From: Minisyncoccia bacterium | GTDB lineage: Bacteria > Patescibacteriota > Minisyncoccia > Phycocordibacterales > UBA9973 | Assembly: GCA_049287305.1 (NCBI GenBank) | Contig: JBAQFO010000014.1 | Span: forward strand, 453-64,452 | Reading direction: 5' to 3' | Length of the DNA: 64,000 nucleotides | In this document: positions 26,497 to 35,251 of the stretch, in pieces | How positions within the stretch are numbered: the first letter of the stretch is position 1 | How the letters are laid out: the number at the start of each line of letters is the position of its first letter | Made by a program: the position numbers and the translations under genes | The notes under the pieces: model-generated | What the model saw: only the letters and a program-made list of their open reading frames with translations | The model's database searches: none | What the model was told of the DNA's origin: nothing

Positions 26497-26556
26497 TACT
26501 TTCTTTATTAAATTTTCAAATCAACAGGGTACCCATATAGTATATCACAAACAAAC

Positions 26557-26590
26557 AGAAAAGTCAAGCCCCGGAGGGCCTGACTTTTCC
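26557..26590 (-). terminator. Terminator hairpin for the TIG-domain gene (AAAAGTCAaGCCCCGGAGGGcCTGACTTTT).
   Basis: Seen in sequence. T-rich on the minus strand after the stem. Confidence 0.5.
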
Positions 26591-26613
26591 TAAAATACCC
26601 TTTATTTATAAGC

Positions 26614-27339
26614 TTAGTCGTGCTTTAGCGGAACCGCTAGATAGCGTTCCTCCCCGCCAAAGAACTTTCTAGCAAACATAACCAATAGAAGGATAATTAT
26701 AGCGAATAGCGTCCATTGAACCGCTCCGGAAGGAAGAAATGTGTTTCCTCCGTAAATGGCATTAGAAGTCAGGTCGCTGAAGGTTTCCGTTTCTGTTCTT
26801 GAGTTATAATTATTGTCTACGGTGTTGCTGTAAGAATTGGAGTTTTGACTTTGATTTTCTTGAGATTGCGTAGGAGCCACGCTTACGTTCTGAATGCTAA
26901 AGAACTTTGAATTGGAGAATCCTCCGCCGGGAGCGCCATTGGCAACCGTTATGTAGAAACCACCATCTCTGTTGAACATATCAGCGCCACGAGCTTCAAC
27001 CAAAAGGTGAGTGGAGTCTATGAAAGTTGTGGGTCTGTTTGATCCGTTTATTCTAACTACTGAGCTTGGAACAAAACCTCGTCCGGTTATTGTAATTGAT
27101 TTCGGATTAAGGCTTTGGTCGCCGGATTTCGGATTAAGGGAATAAATAACAGGTTTTGGATTGTTTGTCGGAGTTGGAGCTTCGTATGTGTAGCCGCTTT
27201 CAAAAACATGGGGTTCCCCAAAGGTAGTGTTCCTGCCTCCTTCTGCCGAAGCTGAAATAGGAGAAACAAGGACAATGAAGGCCAAAAAGAAGATAATTTT
27301 GACGCCCAAATTTATTGAATTTTTGATTAAATTACTCAT
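26614..27339 (-). CDS. Secreted IPT/TIG-like domain protein with a C-terminal sortase-like sorting signal (LPSGA, hydrophobic helix, basic tail).
   Basis: Signal peptide. ITITGRGFVPSSVVRINGSNRPTTFIDSTHLLVEA looks IPT/TIG-like. A Ser/Asn-rich low-complexity linker follows. C-terminus NTFLPSGAVQWTLFAIIILLLVMFARKF. Confidence 0.4.
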   Translation of the reverse strand: MSNLIKNSINLGVKIIFFLAFIVLVSPISASAEGGRNTTFGEPHVFESGYTYEAPTPTNNPKPVIYSLNPKSGDQSLNPKSITITGRGFVPSSVVRINGSNRPTTFIDSTHLLVEARGADMFNRDGGFYITVANGAPGGGFSNSKFFSIQNVSVAPTQSQENQSQNSNSYSNTVDNNYNSRTETETFSDLTSNAIYGGNTFLPSGAVQWTLFAIIILLLVMFARKFFGGEERYLAVPLKHD

Positions 27340-27438
27340 GAAGATAGTATAGCATATTGGTTCATAAATGTCAAGAGATAAGATAAGTCTAAAATGGCTT
27401 GTTATTTAATCATTTTTTACATATAATCTATTTTGTTT

Positions 27439-27520
27439 GCCCGAGTGGCGGAACTGGTATACGCGCACGACTTAAAATCGTGTCTCGCAAGGGATGTGGG
27501 TTCGATTCCCACCTCGGGCA
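27439..27520 (+). tRNA. tRNA-Leu (anticodon TAA).
   Basis: Hand-folded. Anticodon loop CTTAAAA, long variable arm, T-loop TTCGATT. Confidence 0.8.
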
Positions 27521-27548
27521 CCGGGAAGAAGTTTTTTAAAATTTATTT

Positions 27549-27621
27549 GCGCCCTTAGCTCAGCTGGTAGAGCAGATCCCTCTTAAGGATAAGGTCGAAG
27601 GTTCGATCCCTTCAGGGCGCA
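27549..27621 (+). tRNA. tRNA-Lys (anticodon CTT).
   Basis: Hand-folded. Anticodon loop CTCTTAA, T-loop TTCGATC. Confidence 0.75.
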
Positions 27622-27655
27622 CCCTGTGCGAGTAGCAATGCACATTTTAAATTTT

Positions 27656-27737
27656 GCCGGGATGGCGGAATTGGTATACGCGCTAGTCTTAGGAACTAGT
27701 GTCGCAAGACTTGAGGGTTCGAGTCCCTCTCCCGGCA
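27656..27737 (+). tRNA. tRNA-Leu (anticodon TAG).
   Basis: Hand-folded. Anticodon loop CTTAGGA, long variable arm. Confidence 0.8.
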
Positions 27738-27825
27738 CATTGGCCAAGTAGTATGAGCGTAGTGAAAGGAAGATATGACATTCCTCTGCGTGCAGGTTTA
27801 GAAAAAATTCGGTCAATATGTTTTT

Positions 27826-27897
27826 GGCCTGGTAGCCAAGTAGTAAGGCATTCCTCTGCAAAAGGAATATACGTGGGTGCGATTCCCACCCAGGCCT
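27826..27897 (+). tRNA. tRNA-Cys (anticodon GCA).
   Basis: Hand-folded. Anticodon loop CTGCAAA, discriminator T. Confidence 0.75.
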
Positions 27898-27900
27898 CTT

Positions 27901-28224
27901 TTACTTTTCTCTCAATAGTTCGTCAATTTTCTGGCGGTTCTTTTCTCCTTGGTCAATCGCAACATCTATAAAAGGAATTACTTTCACTGGCATATTTTTT
28001 TTCAAAAACTCCCTAAGGTCGCCCCGTTGGCGCTTCACGAAAGATAGTGCCGCGTTTTCTTTGGAAGTTGGTAGCACCGTAATGTAAACCGTTGCCCTCT
28101 TCATGTCCGGGGAGCAAGTGGCGGAGGTGACGGTAATAAGCGAAGTCCTGTTATTGGCACGGCCCAAAAACTGAGCTGACAGCTCCTTAATGGTATTGGT
28201 TACTTTTTCATTCCTGTCCGACAT
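27901..28224 (-). CDS. rbfA: Ribosome-binding factor A.
   Basis: 107 aa. The RbfA pattern (TSLITVTSATCSPDMKRATVYITVL) lies directly downstream of infB, as in most bacteria. Confidence 0.75.
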   Translation of the reverse strand: MSDRNEKVTNTIKELSAQFLGRANNRTSLITVTSATCSPDMKRATVYITVLPTSKENAALSFVKRQRGDLREFLKKNMPVKVIPFIDVAIDQGEKNRQKIDELLREK

Positions 28225-29738
28225 TATTTTTGAGTTATGGTGAAAGATTCTAATGCGTCTCCCGCCACTATTTCAGTTTTGGACTCAATCATCATTCCGA
28301 ACTCTACGCCCTCTTCCACGGTGCTAGTTTTTGCCTTCATCTTCTCAAGGTTAACCACTTTTCCGCGTCCAATTTCAAAATCTCGGCGCATTATCCGAAC
28401 TATGCTGTTTAAATTAATCTGACCTTCCATAACTTTTCCTCCCAATATTTGGCGCTCCTTGGTTCGGCTGAAAGCCCGGATAATTTTTGCCCGTCCGGTT
28501 GTTTCCAAAGTTTCAATCTTTGGTCTTTTCTCCTCCATTTGTGTTTCCAGCCACTCGGTCATTTTATATATGATGTCAAAATTTGAAATTATAACATTTC
28601 TGTTTTGGGCGATTTCAAAAGCACTCTTGTCAGCCTTGACGTTGAATCCGATTACGATGGCGTTTTCACCGGAGGTTATGCCCTTTATGTCGGATTCTGA
28701 GATAGGACCAATTCCGCTCGCTACAATCCGGAATTCGGCGCTATCGTTTTTTATTTTATAAATTTCTTTTTCAATTGCTTCCAGAGACCCGGAGACATCA
28801 GCCTTAAGCACTATTGGGATTATTTTTTTTGTTGTATCTTGGGTTTCGATTTTTTTACTTTTTGTCCTGTTGTTTTCTTCTTGCCAATCTTCAGCAAATT
28901 TTTCCGCGGCGGACTTTTTCTGGAAAGATTGAAATGGTGCGCCCACTCTAGGCATTTTATCAAAACCGACGATGCGGACAGGGGATGAAAAAGTTGCGCT
29001 GTCTATCTGCTCTCCTTTGAAGTTTTCAATAATGCGGGTGGAGCATAGACTCTGTTCTACAGCCACAGTCATTCCTTTTTTCAAGGAGCCTTCTTTTATT
29101 ATGAGCGTTGCCAGTATTCCTCGTCTGGAATCCAGGTTTACTTCAATAACAAAGCCTGAAGCGTCTGATTCGGGATTCCCCGTAAAATCTTCCATTTCGG
29201 CTAAAATCAAAATGAGAGAAAGGAGATTGTCTACGCCCGTGCCTTCTTTGGCGGATATCTCAGCGAACGGAATTTTGCCTCCATAGTTTTCCAAATAGAT
29301 TTCATTTTCGGCAAGTTCTGTTTTTGTTTTTTCCACGTTTGCTCCCGGTTTGTCTATCTTGTTTATGGCAACGATAGAAGGGATGCCGGATTCGGCAATC
29401 GTTTTCCAGGCTTCAATGGTCTGAGGCTTCACGCCGTCTTCGGCGGATACTACCAATATGGCAATGTCGGCAATTTCCGCTCCGCGTTCCCGCATCTTGG
29501 AAAAAGCCTCGTGTCCGGGGGTATCAAGGAAAGTGATTTTTCGGTCCACGCTTTTTTCGTCTTTGTGCAGGACTTCGTAAGCGGAGATGCACTGGGTGAT
29601 TCCTCCGGTTTCGCAATCCACAACGTTGGTTTTCCTAATATAGTCAAGTAGGGTGGATTTACCGTGGTCAATATGACCCATAACCGCAACCACGGGAGGG
29701 CGAGTTACTTTATTCTGTTTTTCATTTTTTGTTTCCAT
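28224..29738 (-). CDS. infB: Translation initiation factor IF-2 (short form lacking the long N-terminal region).
   Basis: G-domain: [30 protein letters not shown]-terminal beta-barrel domains. 504 aa. Confidence 0.9.
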   Translation of the reverse strand: METKNEKQNKVTRPPVVAVMGHIDHGKSTLLDYIRKTNVVDCETGGITQCISAYEVLHKDEKSVDRKITFLDTPGHEAFSKMRERGAEIADIAILVVSAEDGVKPQTIEAWKTIAESGIPSIVAINKIDKPGANVEKTKTELAENEIYLENYGGKIPFAEISAKEGTGVDNLLSLILILAEMEDFTGNPESDASGFVIEVNLDSRRGILATLIIKEGSLKKGMTVAVEQSLCSTRIIENFKGEQIDSATFSSPVRIVGFDKMPRVGAPFQSFQKKSAAEKFAEDWQEENNRTKSKKIETQDTTKKIIPIVLKADVSGSLEAIEKEIYKIKNDSAEFRIVASGIGPISESDIKGITSGENAIVIGFNVKADKSAFEIAQNRNVIISNFDIIYKMTEWLETQMEEKRPKIETLETTGRAKIIRAFSRTKERQILGGKVMEGQINLNSIVRIMRRDFEIGRGKVVNLEKMKAKTSTVEEGVEFGMMIESKTEIVAGDALESFTITQK

Positions 29739-29756
29739 AATCCAAAGTTCATTTTT

Positions 29757-30212
29757 CTACACCTTTGCTTTAGTCAGCGCCTCTTTTTCTTCGGTTGTCA
29801 ATTCGTAGTCGGATTTGCCGCTTTTTATCGGCTTAGCGAAAACGCTCATTCGCTCTCTGGAATACAAACTTGAAATTACCAAACCGTCACCTTCTTCATT
29901 CAGCATGCCGATTGCGAAACTTTGATTGCCACCTTGGTCGGGGAATGGATTAAATCGGACGGTTTCAAGTCCACGGATGGTTTTCTTGAGCTTCGCGTAA
30001 ATGGTCACAATGTCGCCTTCAATGCTGTCTTTGGATTTTTTTAATTTTTGTATGTCACTCTCAAGAGCTATAATGGTGTCTTCCAAATCTTTCGCTTTTT
30101 TTCCAAGAAAAAATCTTTTCAGACGCTTTTCGGTGACAATGGCCCAAATGGCTCCGATTAAAAAAATAACTCCAGCCAACGCAAAAAAAGCAATTTCGAG
30201 CTTTGTGTTCAT
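29757..30212 (-). CDS. Membrane-anchored coiled-coil hypothetical protein.
   Basis: N-terminal TM, then a coiled-coil region. 151 aa. Confidence 0.35.
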   Translation of the reverse strand: MNTKLEIAFFALAGVIFLIGAIWAIVTEKRLKRFFLGKKAKDLEDTIIALESDIQKLKKSKDSIEGDIVTIYAKLKKTIRGLETVRFNPFPDQGGNQSFAIGMLNEEGDGLVISSLYSRERMSVFAKPIKSGKSDYELTTEEKEALTKAKV

Positions 30213-30236
30213 ATCTTTTCAATATATACTATTTTA

Positions 30237-31496
30237 ATGGCCAAATCAAATAAAAAACGGGGCAAAATAAGGAAAAATATATACTTGGACTACGCTGCGG
30301 CGTCAACGCCGAACCCAAGTTCTGTCCATGAGCTCGGAATGGCTGTCAAAAAGAAACTTGAAAATGCCCGAAAAGAAGTAGCCGGAGAACTTGGCGCGCG
30401 TTCTTCGGAAATAATATTTACGAGCGGGGGAACAGAAAGCAATAACTTGGCAATACAAGGAGTTGTGTATGCGATCGCTCCGCAGTTTTTTTTCGGGTCC
30501 TCGGAAAAAATCAGGAGACCGCACATTATTACAACCAATATTGAACATCCTTCGGTGCTTGAGACTTTCAGGTTGCTTGAAAAAAGGATGGTGGCCGAAG
30601 TTTCCGTGGTAGAGGTTGAAGCAAATGGAGTAGTTGACCCTAAAAAAATCAAGAAAGCAATTAAGCCGAACACTATTTTAATTTCAGTTATGTATGCGAA
30701 CAATGAAATAGGCACTATTCAACCGATAAAAGAAATTGCCAAAGAAATAAGACATTATAGAAAACAGAAGGAGGCGGAAAAAGAAAAGGATTTTCTCGGG
30801 TCCTCGGAAAAAATCCCCAGACCACTCGAAAATCCTTTTCTTTTTCCTTTTTTCCATACAGATGCGGTGCAGGCAGTAAACTACTTGGATTTAAATGTTG
30901 AAAAATTAGGAGTGGATTTGCTAACTTTGTCAGGCTCCAAAATTCTGGGGGCGGGGAGAATAGGGGTTTTGTTTAAAAAAGCCTCCGTGCCTCTTGCCAA
31001 CATATCCGGAGGGGGAGACCAAGAAATGGGATTGCGTCCGGGGACGGAAAACTTGGCGGAAATTTTAAAATTTTCCAGCGCCTTAAAAACGGCGCAGAAA
31101 ATAGAAGAAAAAGAATCAAAACGCTTAATCCTGCTTCGCGATTATTTTTTAAACACGCTAGAACATTCCAATATTCTCAAGAATTTTGGAATGTTGATCA
31201 ATGGCGACTTGGGGGAAAGATTGCCAAACAATATTAATATCACATTTCCAAAAATCCCAAGCGATCTTCTGGTAATGGAATTATCAGCTAAGGGAATAAT
31301 GGCATCGTCTAAAAGCGCCTGCGAAAGTGGGAGCCAAGAAGGCTCCTACGTGATAAAAGCGCTTAGGCCGGACGCTAGTCCGGAAATTGGCGGACTTCGT
31401 TTTTCCATGGGACATGATACGAAAAAAGAAGACATAGATTGCGTTGTTAAATCTCTGAATGAAATTTTGACAAAGCTTAAAAAATGGTATAATTAA
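30237..31496 (+). CDS. Cysteine desulfurase (class V aminotransferase, IscS/NifS-like) carrying two in-frame copies of a 36-nt inserted module.
   Basis: GGTESNNLAIQG, HTDAVQA and LSGSKILG (PLP-Lys region). The module TTTTCGGGTCCTCGGAAAAAATC... occurs at about 30484-30520 and about 30791-30828, encoding FGSSEKIRRPH and LGSSEKIPRPL. Confidence 0.7.
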   Translation: MAKSNKKRGKIRKNIYLDYAAASTPNPSSVHELGMAVKKKLENARKEVAGELGARSSEIIFTSGGTESNNLAIQGVVYAIAPQFFFGSSEKIRRPHIITTNIEHPSVLETFRLLEKRMVAEVSVVEVEANGVVDPKKIKKAIKPNTILISVMYANNEIGTIQPIKEIAKEIRHYRKQKEAEKEKDFLGSSEKIPRPLENPFLFPFFHTDAVQAVNYLDLNVEKLGVDLLTLSGSKILGAGRIGVLFKKASVPLANISGGGDQEMGLRPGTENLAEILKFSSALKTAQKIEEKESKRLILLRDYFLNTLEHSNILKNFGMLINGDLGERLPNNINITFPKIPSDLLVMELSAKGIMASSKSACESGSQEGSYVIKALRPDASPEIGGLRFSMGHDTKKEDIDCVVKSLNEILTKLKKWYN

Positions 31497-31499
31497 AAA

Positions 31500-32261
31500 A
31501 TGGATATTAAGGATTTAAATAAATCACAACTTATATTGCTGGCGGTGCTTCTCTCTTTTATCACTTCAATTGCGACCGGGATAACCACTGTAACCTTGAT
31601 GCAGCAGGCGCCCGCATCCTTTACTGTTCCGGTAAACAGAGTAATCCAGCAAACCGTTGAAAAAATACAGCAAGTGGAAGGCAAAACAACTATCCAGACT
31701 GTTATTGTCAAAGAAGAGGATTTGGTGGTTGACGCGATATCAAAAAATAGTTCTTCGGTATTTTCAATAACCAAAGACGGAACGGACGCGGAATTCAACA
31801 AGGCCGAAGTTTCAGCAGGGAAAGGATTTGCGGTAACGAAAAGCGGAGTAATAGTTGTAGATGCTTCCCAAGTTCCTTCCAACGCCACAAATTATTATGC
31901 GAGCAACAGCAGCGGAAAATTTAAAGCTGATTTTATTTCTACAGACAAATCCGGATTTTCATTTCTAAAAATAGGAGCACCCGTTGATGGTGCCGCTAAG
32001 CTGGAATTTTCGGTTCCTTCTTTTGCCGATTTGGAAAAAATGAAAGCGGGGCAGAAAGTCATAATTTTTGGTAATAGTATTTCTTCAACTATCTATGAAG
32101 GTAATAAAACCCTAAGTACGAACGTCTCTAAGGTAAGCGCCGGTGGCGCGGTTCTGGACCTTGATGGTAATATTTTAGGAATTGCGTTATTTAACGAAAC
32201 AACCAATTTTGCTCCGATTAAAGTGATAAGTGAAGTGCTGGCAACTCTCTCGGTAAGTTAA
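31500..32261 (+). CDS. Membrane-anchored hypothetical protein, possibly a degenerate trypsin-like fold.
   Basis: N-terminal TM. Weak resemblance to DegP-type proteases (GAVLDLDGNILGIALFN), but without a GNSGG catalytic Ser. Confidence 0.3.
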   Translation: MDIKDLNKSQLILLAVLLSFITSIATGITTVTLMQQAPASFTVPVNRVIQQTVEKIQQVEGKTTIQTVIVKEEDLVVDAISKNSSSVFSITKDGTDAEFNKAEVSAGKGFAVTKSGVIVVDASQVPSNATNYYASNSSGKFKADFISTDKSGFSFLKIGAPVDGAAKLEFSVPSFADLEKMKAGQKVIIFGNSISSTIYEGNKTLSTNVSKVSAGGAVLDLDGNILGIALFNETTNFAPIKVISEVLATLSVS

Positions 32262-32325
32262 TAAACATAAAATCAAAAGAGTTGCCAGTTACAAGACTAT
32301 TGACACATAGTGTATACTTAAATAT

Positions 32326-35019
32326 ATGCCACCATTAAATAAATTTACAACTAAAGCTAAGGATGCCATAAAGAAAGCCCACGAACTGGCTATTGAACGC
32401 GGGGTAAACCACGTTTCTTCTATGCACTTATTGGCGGCGCTTCTTCTTCAGGAAGAATCTATGGTTAATTCTATCTTGGATAAGTTGGAAATTGACACTA
32501 TGCTTCTTATGGACTCTGTTCTTGAGATGATTGAGTTGCCGGAATCTCATAGCACTATTTCGCCTTCATACCAGATATATCTTAATCCCGACTTGGCGCA
32601 AGTAATTGAACAATCCGCCAAGCTTGCCGAATACATGAAAGACGATTTCGTTTCCACGGAACATTTGTTTATCGCCATCTTGGAAGTTACCAGCGAAGCT
32701 AGGGAAACTTTGGCGCGATTCAGAATTCACAAAGACCAGGTAATGAAAGTCTTGGAGGAGCTTCGCAGTCAGAATATAACCGACGTGTCGGAACCCAAAA
32801 AATTTAAGTTGCTAATAAAATACACCAGGAATCTTACCAAGCTTGCGAAAGAAGATAAGCTGGACCCTGTTATTGGACGAGATATGGAAATAACCCGGAT
32901 AATGCAGATTCTTTCTCGCAGGACAAAGAATAATCCCATTCTTATAGGTGAAGCTGGAACTGGTAAAACCGCCGTGGTGGAAGGGTTGGCTCAAATGATT
33001 ACCAAAGGGAATGTCCCGGAATCTTTGAAAGAGAAAGAACTGGTATCTCTTGATTTGGGTCTTTTGGTTGCGGGCACCAAATACCGCGGAGAATTTGAAG
33101 AGCGCTTGAAAGGAATAATGAAAGAAGTGGAACGCTCGGACGGGAAGGTCATTATGTTTATAGATGAAATTCATACTATTGTCGGCGCTGGTGGCGCGGA
33201 AGGAACAATGGACGCGTCCAACATGTTGAAACCAGCACTTTCAAGGGGAGAGCTCCGAGCGATTGGCGCCACGACCTTGCGTGAATATCAGAAGCATATT
33301 GAGAAAGACCCGGCGCTTGCTCGTCGTTTTCAGCCTGTTTATATTGACGAGCCTTCTGTTGAAGACGCCATTGCGATTTTGCGTGGACTGAAAGAAAGAT
33401 ACGAGCTTTTCCACGGGATTAGAATTACCGATGACGCTATTATTGCCGCGGTGAATCTTTCCGCGCGATACATTACCAACAGGTTTTTACCAGATAAAGC
33501 TGTAGACCTTATTGATGAGGCGTCTTCGTCTTTAAAAATTATGCTTGAAAACAAGCCTCCTGTCCTGGAAGAAGCGCATCGCAAAACCATGCGTCTGGAG
33601 ATTGAAAAAGAGGCCCTCAAGAAGGAAATATTATCTAATAATAGGGAGTCCAAAGATAAACAAAAAGAAATAAAAAATAGGATTAAAGAAATAGATAAAG
33701 AAATAGGAAATTTGTCCGAGAAAACAAAAGAGCTTGAGCTGAAGTGGCAGAATGAAAAAGCGATTGTAGTAGAAATCCGCGCCATAAAAAAAGAACTGGA
33801 AAGCATACGCCTTGAGGCGGAGGACGCGGAAATGAGGTCTGATTTGTCGCTGGCGGCGGAAATTCGTTATGGGAAAATCCCAACCTTGAAAAAGGAGCTG
33901 GATACTAAGCTTGCCCGGTTGAAAAAGTTGCAGAAATCCCGAAGAATCCTGAAAGAAGAAATCACCGCGGAAGACATAGCGGAAGTTGTGGCGCGATGGA
34001 CAGGGATTCCGCTTACCAAGATGCTTGAAGAGGAGAGGGAGAAATTAGAGAAGATGGAAGAAGAATTAAACAAAAGAGTGGTGGGACAAAACGAGGCTAT
34101 CAAGCGCGTGGCGGACGTGATTCGCAGAAGCCGCGCGGGCATCGGAGACCCCAACAGACCTATCGGGAGTTTTATTTTCCTTGGTCCAACGGGGGTAGGA
34201 AAGACAGAACTTACCAAAGCTTTGGGGCAATTCATGTTTAATGACGATAGCGCAATTATTCGCGTAGATATGTCGGAATACATGGAAAAGCACTCTATGT
34301 CTAAATTAATTGGTTCGCCGCCGGGGTATGTCGGTTATGATGAAGCTGGACAGCTGACTGAAGCGGTGCGTCATCGTCCTTACGCGGTAATTTTATTTGA
34401 CGAAATTGAAAAGGCGCATCCGGAAGTTTTCAACGTGCTTCTCCAAGTGATTGATGAAGGACGTTTGACTGATGGCAAAGGTAGAGTTGTAAATTTCAAA
34501 AACACAATCATTATTCTTACCTCCAACATCGGTTCGCAGTTCGTCGAAAGGATGGAGTCTATTGGATTCTCAAATAATTCCACTAAACAGGACTATAGCA
34601 ACATGAAAGAAAAAGTAATGGAAGCGCTCAAGGATAACTTTCGTCCGGAATTTTTGAATCGCCTGGATGAAATAATTGTCTTTGATGTTTTGTCCCCTGA
34701 AGCAATTAAAGAAATAGTAAATCTTAGAATCAAAGTTGTTATTGCCCGACTATTGGCCAAAGGAATTAACTTTGAAATTTCCGACGAAGCTCTGTCGTTT
34801 TTGGCAAAAGAGGGATATGACCCGCACTACGGCGCCCGTCCGCTTAACCGCTTGATTCAAAACAAGATTTTGAATCCTGTTGCCACCCACATCATTTCTA
34901 ACGGAGTCAAGAAAGGGGATAGTGTTATCGTATCTGTAAAAAACGGAGAGCTAGTGATTGATACGAAAAAGGGAAAAATCAAAAGTTCGGTGCGAGTCCG
35001 CCCCCGGTCTTCGGTGTAA
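32326..35019 (+). CDS. clpB: ATP-dependent chaperone ClpB (two AAA+ modules plus a coiled-coil M-domain).
   Basis: [17 protein letters not shown], the long coiled-coil, [14 protein letters not shown] and [10 protein letters not shown]. 897 aa. Confidence 0.9.
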   Translation: MPPLNKFTTKAKDAIKKAHELAIERGVNHVSSMHLLAALLLQEESMVNSILDKLEIDTMLLMDSVLEMIELPESHSTISPSYQIYLNPDLAQVIEQSAKLAEYMKDDFVSTEHLFIAILEVTSEARETLARFRIHKDQVMKVLEELRSQNITDVSEPKKFKLLIKYTRNLTKLAKEDKLDPVIGRDMEITRIMQILSRRTKNNPILIGEAGTGKTAVVEGLAQMITKGNVPESLKEKELVSLDLGLLVAGTKYRGEFEERLKGIMKEVERSDGKVIMFIDEIHTIVGAGGAEGTMDASNMLKPALSRGELRAIGATTLREYQKHIEKDPALARRFQPVYIDEPSVEDAIAILRGLKERYELFHGIRITDDAIIAAVNLSARYITNRFLPDKAVDLIDEASSSLKIMLENKPPVLEEAHRKTMRLEIEKEALKKEILSNNRESKDKQKEIKNRIKEIDKEIGNLSEKTKELELKWQNEKAIVVEIRAIKKELESIRLEAEDAEMRSDLSLAAEIRYGKIPTLKKELDTKLARLKKLQKSRRILKEEITAEDIAEVVARWTGIPLTKMLEEEREKLEKMEEELNKRVVGQNEAIKRVADVIRRSRAGIGDPNRPIGSFIFLGPTGVGKTELTKALGQFMFNDDSAIIRVDMSEYMEKHSMSKLIGSPPGYVGYDEAGQLTEAVRHRPYAVILFDEIEKAHPEVFNVLLQVIDEGRLTDGKGRVVNFKNTIIILTSNIGSQFVERMESIGFSNNSTKQDYSNMKEKVMEALKDNFRPEFLNRLDEIIVFDVLSPEAIKEIVNLRIKVVIARLLAKGINFEISDEALSFLAKEGYDPHYGARPLNRLIQNKILNPVATHIISNGVKKGDSVIVSVKNGELVIDTKKGKIKSSVRVRPRSSV

Positions 35020-35028
35020 ATTTTAATG

Positions 35029-35111
35029 TGCGTCGGGAAGGATTCGAACCTTCGTAGCCCTAAGGCGACAGATTTACAGTCTGTTGTAATTGACCACTCT
35101 ACCACCGACGC
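35029..35111 (-). tRNA. tRNA-Tyr (anticodon GTA).
   Basis: The reverse complement folds as a class II tRNA. Anticodon loop CTGTAAA, long variable arm, T-loop TTCGAAT. Confidence 0.8.
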
Positions 35112-35251
35112 GTGGGTATAAAATAGCACAAAATCATATTTTTTGCACCTTTTTTAGCTTTTAACTTGTTGTTTTGGAATAAGTATGTTATTATAAAACA
35201 GATTACAGGAAGGCCTTCGGGCTTTTTTGTTTCATCAACTAAATTTACATT

